The notes beneath the pieces were generated by a model. The model made no database searches and was not told the DNA's origin. It saw only the letters and a list, made by a program, of their open reading frames with translations. The translations under genes and the position numbers were made by a program. Shown one piece after another: positions 46,201-59,160 of a DNA stretch of 64,000 bases. Source of the stretch: Eledone cirrhosa (lineage: Eukaryota); NCBI GenBank assembly GCA_964016885.1, contig OZ024741.1:13082001-13146000 (forward strand), in the 5' to 3' direction. Positions within the stretch are counted from its first letter, which is position 1; each line of letters begins with the position of its first letter.

Positions 46201-47973
46201 GCAGCAACATCTGCTCAAGGGTCAAGGTGAACGGCTACCTCTCGGAGCCGTTCCATATCACGCGATCCATCCGACAGGGATGCCCTCTTTCCTCCCTTCT
46301 GTACGTACTGACACTCGAGCCACTACTGCGGAAATTGGAGCTATTACAGGGCATCCCTTTGGAACCGGGACTGCGAAAAGCGGCGTCTGCCTACGCCGAC
46401 GACGTGACAGTAATGGTGTCGAGCACCTCGCAAATCGGGGAGATCGGCACCTTACTGGAGGAATACGAAGGGTTCACATGAGAGAAGCTGAACCGAGATA
46501 AATCCGTCGGTTTGCAACTCGGATCGTGGAGAGGCAAACCGATGCCTTCCAATGGCGTCGTCGGACGCTGGACGGAAGGACCGGTAAATCTGCTCGGGGT
46601 CTGGTTTGGTCCGGACCTCCAGGTGGAGAAGAACTGGAACGAGGTGACGGCCAAGGTGTTTGCGCTCATCCAGAAGTGGGCCGAGTGCAAACTATCCTTG
46701 AAAGGTCGAGCGGAGGTGGCGAACACTTTTATAGCGTCCGTCATCTACTACCGCTTGACCGTCGTTCCTTGTCCAGCCAAAATGCTCACCAAAATGGAGC
46801 GCGCGCTCTTCCAATTCCTTTGGAAGAAATGGGCTCCTTTGGTGAGAAGATCCATCTGCTGCCAACACTCTTCAGACGGAGGGCTGGGGATGCCGTGGCT
46901 AACGATGCGCAAACACGCGCTCAGGTTGCGGCACCTCCACGTATTCCTCACCAGACAACCGGTGTGGGCCCCGTTCGTGAGGCGAGCCTTCCCACGACTC
47001 GTCTCGCTGACCGAGCTGCAGTCCTGTGTCAAGCAAAGACCGAGGAAAATGGGTGACTGGCACATCGAATGTGCTCAGGCGCTCACAGTCCTCTGGCAAA
47101 CGGACCCGGAGATCAGTGGAGACTCCACTTCGACATTCTATAGAGGGTTGGTCCGTAGCAAGTGCTGACGACACGCTCGGAGAAACTCTAGGCGTAGAGG
47201 AGGACGAACTGGCCGGTCTGTTCGGTAAGACCTTCCGCCCGGGACCAATGGACAACTTCCAAAAGTCCCTGGCCTGGCAGTGCTACCGAGGAGCTCTACC
47301 AGTTCGAGACAAGGTCTACAGACACGGGCGCCCGGGTAGGGACCCTTCGAAAAAGATCTGTCCGAGATGCGTGCGAGACGAAGAAACCGTCGCGCACGCA
47401 TTCATACACTGCCCGGGCGTTACCGACTATTGTCGCGGGTGGGACCAATCCAGTTGACCACCGAGTCCATTGTCATGATCAAACCGCCACCCTCCTTCAA
47501 AAAAGAGGGAGATGCGGTTTTCCTATGTGTTATGGCTATGCTGAAAGAGGTTATATGGTGCACGAGGTTAAAAGGGCTGAGGTCAGACACCTTTCTCTCC
47601 GGCGAGCAACTGATTCGTTTTTTCAAATATCACTTTGGAAGAAGAATCAGGATGGAGAGAGAGGTGCTGTACCCCAGCAAATTTTATAAAAGGTGGGTGA
47701 ATGTGGCAAAGATGGCCCGAGTGGTTGGCCCTTCTCTCTATATAAGCCTGTAGGTTGAGGAAAAAGAGGAAGAGAGGAAGGGAGAACTCACTCTCTGTGC
47801 TCATGGAGATGAGGGTTGTACATTTTTTCGGGGTGTGTACAACCCCTGTGTAACACCTACCCCCTATTGGGGATATCAATTGTTATTTGTTATTTTATTA
47901 ATAGTTTTATTTTCATATACTCCCCATTTGTATTTGTCCCCTTCTTTTGTGCCCTTGTGGCTAATAAAGAAAT
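43280..47973 (+). mobile_element. Tx1-clade LINE copy 4 (same subfamily as copy 3); 5'-truncated, ORF1/ORF2 junction deleted
   Basis: ORF1 remnant ~43280-44810 (CHHCLSSGHLRAS); ORF2 remnant ~44871-47753; 3' UTR ends gctAATAAAgaaat, then (TATC)-like repeats. Confidence 0.9.
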
Positions 47974-48081
47974 TTATCTATCTATTATCCATCTACCTGT
48001 CTCTGTCTCTCTCACTCTTTATATATATATATACTCGTATATATATATATATATATTATGTATATGTATGTATGTAAGTAC

Positions 48082-48129
<48 letters not shown>

Positions 48130-48206
48130 GGACATAGATAGAATAGCAGAAACAAAACAAATGCATAAAAAGTACATATATTATACCTACATATGTGTGT
48201 ATCTGA

Positions 48207-48335
48207 GAGTGGTCAGTGTCTTTGAGTGTGTGTATCTGTGAGTGGTCAGTGCCTTTGAGTGTGTGTATCTGTGAGTGGTCAGTGCCTTTGAGTGTGTGTA
48301 TCTGTGAGTGGTCAGTGTCTTTGAGTGTGTGTGTA
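48207..48335. repeat. 33-bp tandem repeat, ~4 units
   Basis: gagtggtcagtgYctttgagtgtgtgtatctgt. Confidence 0.9.
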
Positions 48336-48776
48336 TGTTCCTTTATCTATCTCCTCATCTGTGTCTGCCTGTTTGTCTATCCAATTATCTCAATTTACAA
48401 TCACCTACATCACCCATTTACATTCACAAAACATTCGTATAAATATCTACACACGAGCACATACACACATACACACATACACGCATACAAAAACACATAC
48501 ACACACACACACAGATATATATATATATGTTCTTCAACTTCTCCAAACAAGGGCATGATACTAACATACTACTAATTCTGAATAAAATTATTATTGCTTT
48601 TGAAAACAGCTGGTGATATGCATGTAAGTAAATATTCTCTTTATCTGATATTTTGTAACTAACCTTACATAGATCAATAACGGAGTATAGCTACAATGTA
48701 TTATTATCATCTAGAAACGATCGTAAAGCAGTGAAGTATATTCCTAATGACTGGATTTTTTATTTCATTGTTTTAA

Positions 48777-48812
<36 letters not shown>

Positions 48813-49048
48813 TGAAGAAAATGATTAACCAGGGGCGATGGTAGTGGGATTGAAACCGTAACCAGGTAGTTTGTATGTGAACCTCCTAGTCAACATATCT
48901 ACACTCCCAATGTAAGGAAGTTATATCAACAACGATTTCTGCAATTACTGATGTCATTAGTGGGAAAACATCTCCAGGTCATTGCCGGAGAACTAATCAA
49001 ATACTCATTAGTGATATTTTCCTATGGCCACTACAACTTAGATATATA

Positions 49049-49238
49049 ATATTGTTTCTACTTTGGCACAAGGCCAGCAATTATCCCAGTATATTACTGC
49101 TACTTTATTTTATCGACCCCGTAAGGATGAAAGGCAAAGTTAACCTCGGTGGGATTTGAACTCAGACCATAAAGCGGCGTAACTCTTTGCTGGGAAGCAT
49201 GGCATCCGACCCTCTACCAATACTGCAAATTTACCGCC
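49049..49238 (-). mobile_element. SINE family S1
   Basis: Reverse complement of the S1 consensus. Confidence 0.82.
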
Positions 49239-49239
49239 C

Positions 49240-51860
49240 TATAGTACATAGAATAATGCACAAATATCAGGAAAATGAACAGTGTATGACTCGTGGTATA
49301 CATGTGTGTGTGTGTATGGAAGGGGGGGATATCAGGTGTAGTGTTGGCGAATTTCAGGAAGCATGGAGATTTTAAAGGATGCAGTGTATCGATAGCTAAC
49401 AACTGATGCAGGTAGTTTGTTCCATGGAGGTTTTAAAGGATGCAGTGTCTCGACAGCTAACAACTGATGCAGGTAGTTTGTTCCATGGAGGTTTTAAAGG
49501 ATGCAGTGTCTCGACAGCTAACAACTGATGCAGGTAGTTTGTTCCATGGAGATTTTAAAGGATGCAGTGTCCCGACAGCTAACAACTGATGCAGGTAGTT
49601 TGTTCCATGGAGATTTTAAAGGATGCAGTGTCCCGGCAGCTAACAACTGATGTAGGTAGTTTGTTCCATGGAGATTTTAAAGGATGCAGTGTCCCAGCAC
49701 CTAACAACTGATGCAGGTAGTTTGTTCCATGGAGATTTTAAAGGATGCAGTGTCCCGGCAGCTAACAACTGATGCAGGTAGTTTGTTCCATGGAGATTTT
49801 AAAGGATGCAGTGTCCCAGCACCTAACAACTGATGCAGGTAGTTTGTTCCATGGAGATTTTAAAGGATGCAGTGTCTCGACAGCTAACAACTGATGCAGG
49901 TAGTTTGTTCCATGGAGATTTTAAAGGATGCAGTGTCTCGACAGCTAACAACTGATGCAGGTAGTTTGTTCCATGGAGATTTTAAAGGATGCAGTGTCCC
50001 GGCAGCTAACAAGTGATGCAGGGAGTTTGTTCCATGGAGATTTTAAAGGTTGCAGTGTCCCAGCAGCTAACAACTGATGCAGGTAGTTTGTTCCATGGAG
50101 ATTTTAAAGGATGCAGCGTCTCGACAGCTAACAACTGATGCAGGTAGTTTGTTCCATGGAGGTTTTAAAGGATGCTGTGTCTCGACAGCTAACAACTGAT
50201 GCAGGTAGTTTGTTCCATGCAGATTTTAAAGGATGCAGTGTCTCGACAGCTAACAACTGATGCAGGTAGTTTGTTCCATGGAGATTTTAAAGGATGCAGT
50301 GTCTCGACAGCTAACAACTGATGCAGGTAGTTTGTTCCATGGAGATTTTAAAGGATGCAGTGTCCCGGCAGCTAACAAGTGATGCAGGGAGTTTGTTCTA
50401 TGGAGATTTTAAAGGTTGCAGTGTCCCAGCAGCTAACAACTGATGCAGGTAGTTTGTTCCATGGAGATTTTAAAGGATGCAGCGTCTCGACAGCTAACAA
50501 CTGATGCAGGTAGTTTGTTCCATGGAGGTTTTAAAGGATGCTGTGTCTCGACAGCTAACAACTGATGCAGGTAGTTTGTCCCATGGAGGTTTTAAAGGAT
50601 GCAGTGTCCCGGCAGCTAACAACTGATGCAGGTAGTTTGTTCCATGGAGGTTTTAAAGGATGCAGTGTCCCGACAGCTAACAACTGATGCAGGTAGTTTG
50701 TTCCATGGAGGTTTTAAAGGATGCAGTGTCCCGGCAGCTAACAACTGATGCAGGTAGTTTGTTCCATGGATGTTTTAAAGCATGCTGTGTCTCGACAGCT
50801 AACAACTGATGCAAGTAGTTTGTCCCATGGAGGTTTTAAAGGTTGCAGTGTCTCGGCAGCTAACAACTGATGCAGGTAGTTTGTTCCATGGAGGTTTTAA
50901 AGGATGCAGTGTCCCGGTAGCTAACAACTGATGCAGATAGTTTGTTCCATGGAGGTTTTAAAGGATGCAGTGTCTCGACAGCTAACAACTGATGCAGATA
51001 GTTTGTTCCATGGAGGTTTTAAAGGATGCAGTGTCCCGACAGCTAACATCTAAAGCAGGTAGTTTGTTCCATGGAGGTTTTAAAGGTTGCAGTGTCCCAG
51101 CAGCTAACAACTGATGCAGGTAGTTTGTTCCATGGAGATTTTAAAGGATGCAGTGTCCCAGCAGCTAACAACTGATGCAGGTAGTTTGTTCCATGGAGAT
51201 TTTAAAGGATGCAGTGTCTCGACAGCTAACAACTGATCCAGGTAGTTTGTTCCATGGAGGTTTTAAAGGTTGCAGTGTCTCGACAGCTAACAACTGATGC
51301 AGGTAGTTTGTTCCATGGAGGTTTTAAAGGATGCAGTGTCCCGGCAGCTAACAACTGATGCAGGTAGTTTGTTCCATGGAGGTTTTAAAGGTTGCAGTGT
51401 CTCGACAGCTAACAACTGATCCAGGTAGTTTGTTCCATGGAGGTTTTAAAGGTTGCAGTGTCTCGACAGCTAACAACTGATGCAGGTAGTTTGTTCCATG
51501 GAGGTTTTAAAGGATGCAGTGTCCCGGCAGCTAACAACTGATGCAGGTAGTTTGTTCCATGGAGGTTTTAAAGGATGCAGTGTCCCGACAGCTAACATCT
51601 AAAGCAGGTAGTTTGTTCCATGGAGGTTTTAAAGGATGCAGTGTCTCGACAGCTAACAACTGATCCAGGTAGTTTGTTCCATGCTTCAGCAACTCTGAGC
51701 GTGAAAAAATGTTTCCGAAAGTCATGGGAGCTGTACTGTTTTCTGACTTTGTAGGCATGTCCACGTGTGTTAGACACATGGAAATCTAAAAGGTACTCAG
51801 GGTTGTTGTTGGCTAGATGGTTAATAATTTTGTGGGTGTTTACCAAGTCAGTTGCCAGAC
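49240..51860 (-). mobile_element. CR1-clade LINE fragment, copy 2, containing the 61-bp array
   Basis: Both flanks of the array match CR1 copy 1 (32443-32563 and 33541-33720); TRGHAYKV...RKHFFTLRVAEAWNKLP. Confidence 0.88.
49363..51682. repeat. 61-bp minisatellite, ~38 units
   Basis: Same unit as 32563-33541 with array-specific variants. Confidence 0.95.
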
Positions 51861-52816
51861 GTGTGTGTGTGTGTGTGTGTGCTCTGCAGGACATTACTGA
51901 AGAGCTAAGCAAGTACTTATTAGTGATCTACTCTTATGGATATCACGACATGGATATATTTGCTGGCCTATTAGACACCCCCCACCAAATAAAACACATA
52001 AAAAATCTTTCCTGCGTCCATTACGCCTGTATCACCAGAAAGCCAGCACATGAGAATATGAGAGCATTAACTCTTTTGCTACCACGGTTCTAACGAAGGG
52101 TTAACCATTTTGTTACCATATTACGAAAAAAGAGTTAATTTGTTTACTACCAAATATTCAATGAAGGGTAACAATTATCGCTACTGTATTTTTAATGAAA
52201 GTCTAACCCTTTCTTTAACCTTACTTTCTAATGACTATCACTGCCCTGGATTTTCAATTAATGCTGAAAACAAGAATTAGATTAATTTAGTAATATACTA
52301 AATTACTCTACATTAAGCTGGTGTTTGAAACACAACTTATACAAAGGTTCTTCTTTACAATTACGATGAAAGCATTTTAGATATAAAAATGTTGAAATAA
52401 AGAGTTTTGTATCGTAAAAGCTGTGTTTCATGTAGTATCATAAAGATTAGCTACCACCCAAATACGTCAAACCCACCCTCCTCCACAACATCCGACCCGG
52501 TATATTTATAATAAAATAAGAAAATGATGGACACGCTTATTTTTATGTTATCGCATCCTATGATCGATTAAAAAAAGCCACATATATTTACGTGCTGTTT
52601 ATCTGCTGTCAACAGATCGATCGTGTCTACTGCCAAAATCTCCAATATTAAACAAAGATAGCCAATTTCCTGTTAGATAAAAATTATATTTTTCTTCTTT
52701 ATATATTGTTTGGTTCTTCTATTATATTGTCGATATCAAATGATAATTGATAGCATTGTTCAACAACCAATGTGCAACTGTCTTATATACACACCCCTAT
52801 ATACATACTGCTTTAT

Positions 52817-52912
52817 ATATACACTACGTTACACAAACTACGTTAAACACACTACGTTATATACACTACGTTACACAAACTACGTTATACACACTACGTT
52901 ATATACACACTA
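52817..52912. repeat. 14-bp tandem repeat (atatacactacgtt / acacaaactacgtt), ~7 units
   Basis: Direct inspection; the two variants alternate. Confidence 0.85.
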
Positions 52913-53252
52913 CATTATATATACACAACTTCATACACTTCTTTATTGGTCTCATATATCTTGATCTATTCTCTACTAATGTGAATACTGCATAATATAT
53001 ACACGTTTATATATACATACACACCCACATGCCTGCAGAGACATATACATATATACATCTGTGTGGATATTTCTCTCTCTCTCTTTTTTCTTTCTTTCTC
53101 TCATTATATGTATACTCATACATACATACAGTACATAGACACAAAGTCGCTCATACGCATATACGACGGTAAACAAAAACCTATATACATATGCACACAT
53201 ACACACACAAACAGAAATATATACACACACACATACACACATAGATACATAC

Positions 53253-53529
53253 ATGATGGCTGCAAACTCTGCTAAAAGTACTGCAATCGCTTGTCAGATT
53301 ACAGAGTTGGTGCACTTTTAGGCTACGGTCAGCCACACAAACCTGTAACATAACCTGAACAAGCAATGTCTGTGCTTTGAAGGTTTTTTAAGTGGGGAAA
53401 GGCCTTCAACTCGACCAATCCCACTCTGAGTATCAAAAACACTACCCGAAAAGGGGAACTGGTCAACATCATCGGATACTTCTGAAGCCACATGTTTTTT
53501 TCTTTTTCAGAGTTTCTCTCTCCTAGAAA
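53253..53529 (-). mobile_element. Bipartite non-autonomous RTE derivative, family B3
   Basis: tctaggagagagaaactctga, ccgatgatgttga, agagtgggattgg and gcacagacattgc blocks; ends gcagccatcat+(GTAT); (TACA)n upstream. Confidence 0.75.
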
Positions 53530-53546
53530 GATACATACATACATAC

Positions 53547-53577
<31 letters not shown>

Positions 53578-53580
53578 CAT

Positions 53581-53727
53581 AGTCTACAAATGGCTGCGAT
53601 AGCTGGCACCTTCAAAATTTGCAAAACATTCTTGCGATTCAAGGGATGACAATTTTTTTTCTTTTACAACCTTGCCACCAGGAAGGTGGCCGGTCAAAAA
53701 TATATACTCGAAATTAAGAGAAAGAGA
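53581..53727 (+). mobile_element. Severely 5'-truncated copy of the RLE LINE at 12243-13298
   Basis: Nearly identical to 13149-13295; perfect (TACA)n on both sides. Confidence 0.9.
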
Positions 53728-54249
53728 TATACATACATACATACATACATACATACATACATACATACATACATACATACATACTAGACAGTCAACGCAA
53801 TCAGTCGCATATTTTGGCGTGGGAGACTATTTATTAAATTTAAGATGAATACTATCTCCGACAGTAATGCCACAACTACAGTCAGGTTGAATAACTGGTT
53901 ATTCTTCTAACTATATCTTGTGAAGACACCTTTTATCCGAATTCGTAGAGATATCCGACTAAATACATAATTCATTTTACAAGGATTTGCTACAAACAGC
54001 ATGGCTGAACACAACAAAGAACATACATACAAACATGCCCAGCCTGGCCTCAGCCGGACAGCTGGAACAGGTAAAAGAGTAAAAGAGTACATACATGCAT
54101 TTAAACAACTCTACACGGAGAATATTGGTGGAACATTGCCGAGTCTGCTATACGTTAGACCAGGCCATGACAGAGAGTTTTGTATGGTGTTACCACCACC
54201 AGGTGAAGTTATGGTATATGTGGAATAACGTCTCATTGGATCACACATA

Positions 54250-54660
54250 GTTGTTCGTAATGTTTAGCTGTGTCAAGGGCACGATAGCTTCTTTAGCGTT
54301 GGTGACACGATAAATCGTCCGCAGCATATACGGTCAAATCATTAGTAATAAGGAAAGGTAACCAGCCATAGAAAAACTGAGGGTCTCGAGGACTGATGAG
54401 TTGTATTAAAGACATAGCAACCTTCTTAGTGGTGGTGCCATGAGAAGATGTACCCGGTACACTTTGTAGAGTACTGGAAATTATGAGGGGGTAGGGGGGG
54501 GGGGAGCCTGTCTCTCAGAAGTGAGTAGCTTCTATAAAGTACTGACCCAGTCAGTGATATGTCCAAACCTGGATAGCAGGGGGCACAGACGTTAAATGAT
54601 GATGATGATGATGATGACGATGACGATGACGATGATGATGATGATGAGGGGTGGGGGGAT
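54250..54660 (+). mobile_element. Degraded SINE-like element with an RTE-type 3' end and (ATG)n tail
   Basis: Ends gacgttaaatgatgatg, like the RTE end ggacgtaaaatgatgatg at 25043-25079; 5' limit uncertain. Confidence 0.5.
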
Positions 54661-54774
54661 TATGATGGTGACGACGATGATGATGATAATGATGATGCTG
54701 CGGAGGAAGAGGGGAATGGATGATGGAGGAGGAGGCTGACGAAGACGGCAACAGCGATGATGATGCTGTGTACA

Positions 54775-54960
54775 TCCGTGCCTTAGTGGTTAGAGTATTT
54801 AGCCCCCCGATTATGAATTTGTGTTCGATTCCCAAGCCAGAGACCTTGTGTGTCCTTGAGCAAGGCACTTCATTTCACGTAGATCCAGTTCACTCCGGTG
54901 ACAATTAGTTCCGTTAGAAGCCGGGGACAAATTTTGTGATGAATTGGCGTCCATTTTCAA
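54775..54960 (+). mobile_element. tRNA-headed CORE-like SINE (S2-related)
   Basis: ttagtggttagag...gttcgattcc...tgtgtccttgagcaaggcactt. Confidence 0.7.
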
Positions 54961-55016
54961 TTAGAGTAATCCACTTTCAGACATATAACGCTCATGAAAT
55001 CTTGATGAGCTCCATG

Positions 55017-55700
55017 TACAGGGTGTAACAGGTAAATTCGGACCATTTAAATATCTTTATAATTGTTTCTACTTTTAGGCACAAGGCTAGCAATTACCCA
55101 GTACATTACTGGTACTTTATTTTATCGACCCCATAAGGATGAAAGGCAAAGTTAACCTCGGCGGGATTTGAACTCAGACTGTAAAGGGACGTAACTATGC
55201 TGGAAAGCATGGCGTCCAATCTTTATAATAATTGGTATAACCTGGAAAAATCAAATATTGCAAATGTTATGTTTATGCCAATTTATTATGAAGTGTTTAG
55301 CACTTATTTCAGTTCAATATGACCACCATTTGCTTTCTTTACCAGTTCAATGTTTACGAAATGATGCACATGCCTTAACTATTTCTTCCTTTTTCATTTT
55401 ACCGAATTCTCGCTAGATGGAATTCTCGCTAGATGGAAGACACACATTTGTGAGAAGTTACGTTGGATATTACTTTAACTGTACCCCATAGCAAAAAATC
55501 ACACCGATTCAAATCTAACGAGCTAGAGGGCCAGATATCTTTAGGACAAAACACAGACAATTCCTTCTTCAAAAATGCTTGCACTCTTTTCGACATCACC
55601 CCCAGGAGTTTCTCAACACACCCAAACTCCTTTCTCCCCAGCTACGTACTCATCTATGATGATTTTGTTATTGTGACAGTGATCTTGGAGAAACAGGTTC
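55017..55700 (-). mobile_element. Decayed Tc1/mariner element, interrupted by an S1 SINE (~55059-55225, minus)
   Basis: TA-CAGGGTG terminus at 55017; minus-strand IWPSSSLDLNRCDFLLWGTVK (consensus WPxxSPDLNPxD) and KACASFR. Confidence 0.72.
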
Positions 55701-55719
55701 AGACAAGCTGTAGACATTA

Positions 55720-56320
55720 GCTTCTAATATACAATAGGTGAGTAGTTTTTTTGCCAAGTGGGTTTCTTTGTTTTTGTAGACCAAAATTGTTTCTGTTAAT
55801 GTCAGCCAGCTTTGTATATATCCATCCCCCTTGAGAACTTGTTAGTAGAGGTCGATAAGATACATCCGATAGAATATCAGTTTTTTGTACCAGTAGCCGA
55901 CAATCAAGTCTCATCCTGGTGCTTTCTTATCTTGGAATTTTCCTATCACAGTCTCAAGGGTATCATCATTTATTCTGTATGTTTTTGTTGCAGTGTAGGA
56001 GCAATAGTTCTTTTGGATTTCTTTCAGCCACACTGCATCTTGATTGAAATTCTTATTTTCACCCCTTATTTTTCTCCAGAAGAAATGTATGTCTTTCTGG
56101 GATGGGGTCTCAGTGACATTTATTACTTTGCCCTTCCTATCTCTATAGACTGATGTTTGGTTTCGACTGAATCTTTAATTATTTTCCTTTCAGCCACTCT
56201 CTTCTGGTAACGACGTTTTTGGCGGACAACTCTCAATTCTTGTTTGAAGGTAATCAGCTTATATTGAAGAGTTCTACTTGTACTGCATTCAAACATCGTT
56301 TCTGTTTTACTTTTCACTCT
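55720..56320 (-). pseudogene. Decayed internal fragment of an R4/Dong-like LINE (region just before the RT)
   Basis: FKQELRVVRQKRRYQKRVAERK and KKAPG*DLIVGYWYKKL; compare KSPGPDGVQGYWIKHL in 14883-18275. Confidence 0.65.
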
Positions 56321-56331
56321 TTGTTGTGGGA

Positions 56332-56600
56332 GTGAAGGCGCATGGCTTAGTGGTTAGAACATTGGGCTTGCAATCAAAAGGTTGTGAGTTTAATTCTAGG
56401 ACCGGGTGATATGTTGCTTCCTTGAGCAAGACACTTTATTTCACGTTGCTCCAGTTTACTCAGCTGTAGAAATGAGATGATAGGACTGGGGTCCCTATCA
56501 TTAAATCGCCCAAGACACCTCCAACGAGATATACCTTGGAGGAGGCCAGCTAAACCTGCATAGGTGTGGGCTGTTGCACACTTTGTTGGGGAGGAGTGTA
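56332..56600 (+). mobile_element. tRNA-headed CORE-like SINE, family S2
   Basis: gtgaaggcgcatggcttagtggttaga...ccttgagcaagacactttatttcacgttgctccag; matches 36554-36800. Confidence 0.82.
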
Positions 56601-56844
56601 GCTTATTTGTTTTTGTTTACTTCTGATAAACATAACATGGCCGATAGTGTTCCGTAGGCCAGCGATCTTTGTTTTCCTGTTTTTGGCATTTTTGTTGTTT
56701 TGTTTCTATTAACATCTCTATTATCATAAACAAATGTTTCACTGTCATATAGACAGGCGTTAACTTGTAAGGCTTCAATTTGTCGTAAATATTCACCTCC
56801 AATTTTGTCGATAGCAAGTGGAATTTCATTATTTGGTGGAATTT

Positions 56845-57024
56845 CATATATCGGTAGAGGGTTGGACGCCATGCTTTGACGCATAGAGTCACGGCCCTTG
56901 CCATTCTGAGTTCAAATCCCGCCGAGGTTAACTTTGCCTTTCATCCTTACGGGGTCGATAAAATAAAGTACCAGTAATGGACTGGGTGATTGCTGGCCTT
57001 GTTCCAAAAGTAGAAACAATTATT
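56845..57024 (+). mobile_element. SINE family S1
   Basis: Matches the S1 consensus. Confidence 0.82.
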
Positions 57025-57404
57025 TGGTTGCTTGTTTAACATTGTTTTATGTCTATTACACGAATATCTGTTTGGAAGGTTTCGCTAAGGGTCTATTTTA
57101 ACTACTCATTCTCTTCCTTTTCCAAGTTAATTGTAGACTTATTATTATTGACAGTATTTTAATAAAGGTAGTTAACGCGACTGTAAGGTAAAGCAGTCGA
57201 AGTAAAGTCAATTGTAAAACATGGTGTCAAATTTGTCGCAGTATGGTTGTTTCAAGACTGCGTCTTACTGTTGTTTATTTTTGATGGTCGGACTGGTTAC
57301 AAGAAAACATGCCGGCCTGTTGTGGCACATGTCGATCTAGGAGACTGTTCACTTACTGTTATTTCAAGAAGTTTCACACTTTCATTATTGTTTGGATTGG
57401 CTTT

Positions 57405-57597
57405 AGGCGGTGGATTGGCAATATCGGTAGAGGGTCGGACGCCATGCTTTGACGCATAGAGTTACGGCCCTTGCTATTCTGAGTTCAAATCCCGCCGAGG
57501 TTAACTTTGCCTTTCATCCTTACGGAGTCGATAAAATAAAGTACCAGTAATGTACTGGGTAATTGCTGGCCTTGTGCCAAAAGTAGAATTCATTATT
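57405..57597 (+). mobile_element. SINE family S1 (near full length)
   Basis: ggcggtggattggcaatatcggtag...gagttcaaatcccgccg...gtgccaaaagtag. Confidence 0.85.
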
Positions 57598-58297
57598 GTT
57601 TCGAACAATGTTTGTTGTTTACGTTCGACAAAAGTTGGCGTAATTGTTTGGCTGTAAAATAATTTAGCCCTGGGTGAGATTCGTCCCAGTGTAGCTTCGT
57701 TCTGTTCCTATAACCAACAGAGATATATGTTTTCTATTTCATAACCATTAAATGTATGTATATAATGTAATGTATGCATATATGTATATTTTTTATGTAT
57801 ATATGTATGCGTATGTATGTATGTATTATGTATGTAGTTGTGTATGTATTTATGTATGTGTGTATATATAAATATATATATATGTGTGTGTGAGTGAGTA
57901 TACATGTATATATATGTATGTGTGTGTGTGTGTATACATGTATATATATATATATATGTGTATACATGTATATGTATATATATATATGTGTGTGTGTGTG
58001 TGTATGTGTATGTATGTGCTGGTGTCAACGTCACTTTACCGTCAGCCATAGAATACGAGATATTTACTTAACTATATATTCTATTCATTTATTCCTTTAT
58101 TCCATCAATCATTCATTCTATAATTCATTCAGTCATTCGGCTATTCATTCATTCATTTATTCGTCTATTCTGTTCTTTATTTATAGTATTCTACTCATTC
58201 CATTTGTCAATATTTGTTATTGATCTACTGCCTCGTCAGACAAGAAATGTTGAATAATGATAATGATACTCATATTTTATTGGTCACATGGGCCCTT

Positions 58298-58416
<119 letters not shown>

Positions 58417-58424
58417 GATATATA

Positions 58425-59160
58425 TGACATGAAATCCTGGGTGAATATTGCCGTAAGCAATGGCGTTAAACAGGGTGCCATAACATCTTCAACACAGCTT
58501 TTACTGTTCTTTACAGTGGCATATTTAATGCCATTTAAAGACTCTTGACATGGAATATACATCAGGTTTCGTACATCTGGGCAACTTTTCAACATATCGC
58601 TTTGGTGCCAGTACGTAGGTCGTGTACTCAATGTTGGGGGAATTTCTGTAGGCAGGTGACTGGGATGTTTTGCCCCCACACAGGAAGATATGCAGCACAT
58701 AATGGACTCCTTCAGCAGGGTGTGTTCTGTGTTTAGTTTAACAATCGCTTGTAGAAGACTGTGCCCATGCAGCAGCCTGCACCAGGGAAACCATATGTAG
58801 AACCAGAAACTCCGGATAGTAGACAGGTTTGTGTATCTTGGTAGTAAATTAGGTGTATAGTGCAGCCTTGACAATGAAATAGAAAACATCAGGAAATCTA
58901 GTAATGTCTTCACAAAGTTAGAAAAGCGACTATGGTCCCAGAGAGTTATCTCAATCGATACTAAAGTGAAGGTCTACATGACTTTGGGATGTATCCATGG
59001 TCTTCAGAAGTCACATAGACCAGTATATCCACGTAGAATACATTGAACCATCTGTCGGATTTGTTCCCTTCGGCGTTCTCAACCTGTCTGTACTGTGTCA
59101 CAATGATGACAACAAATCAAGGATATCACTGCCAATGTTCTTTGATGTGACCTTTGTGTC
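58425..59160 (+). pseudogene. Decayed RTE RT fragment related to 18508-21912
   Basis: DMKSWVNI...NGVKQG, HGIYIRFRTSG, DRFVYLGS, KLEKRLW...TKVKVY. Confidence 0.8.

Noticed and set aside
48920-49020. Minus-strand hammerhead-like layout atatca-CTAATGA...GAAA...tgatat
   Set aside because: The core is CTAATGA rather than CTGANGA, and stems II and III are poor
53783-54240. Possible Helitron-like start (actag) and 75-aa ORF
   Set aside because: No terminal hairpin, second copy or recognisable protein motif
57405-57500. tRNA genes at A/B-box motifs
   Set aside because: No cloverleaf; each continues into a multi-copy SINE body
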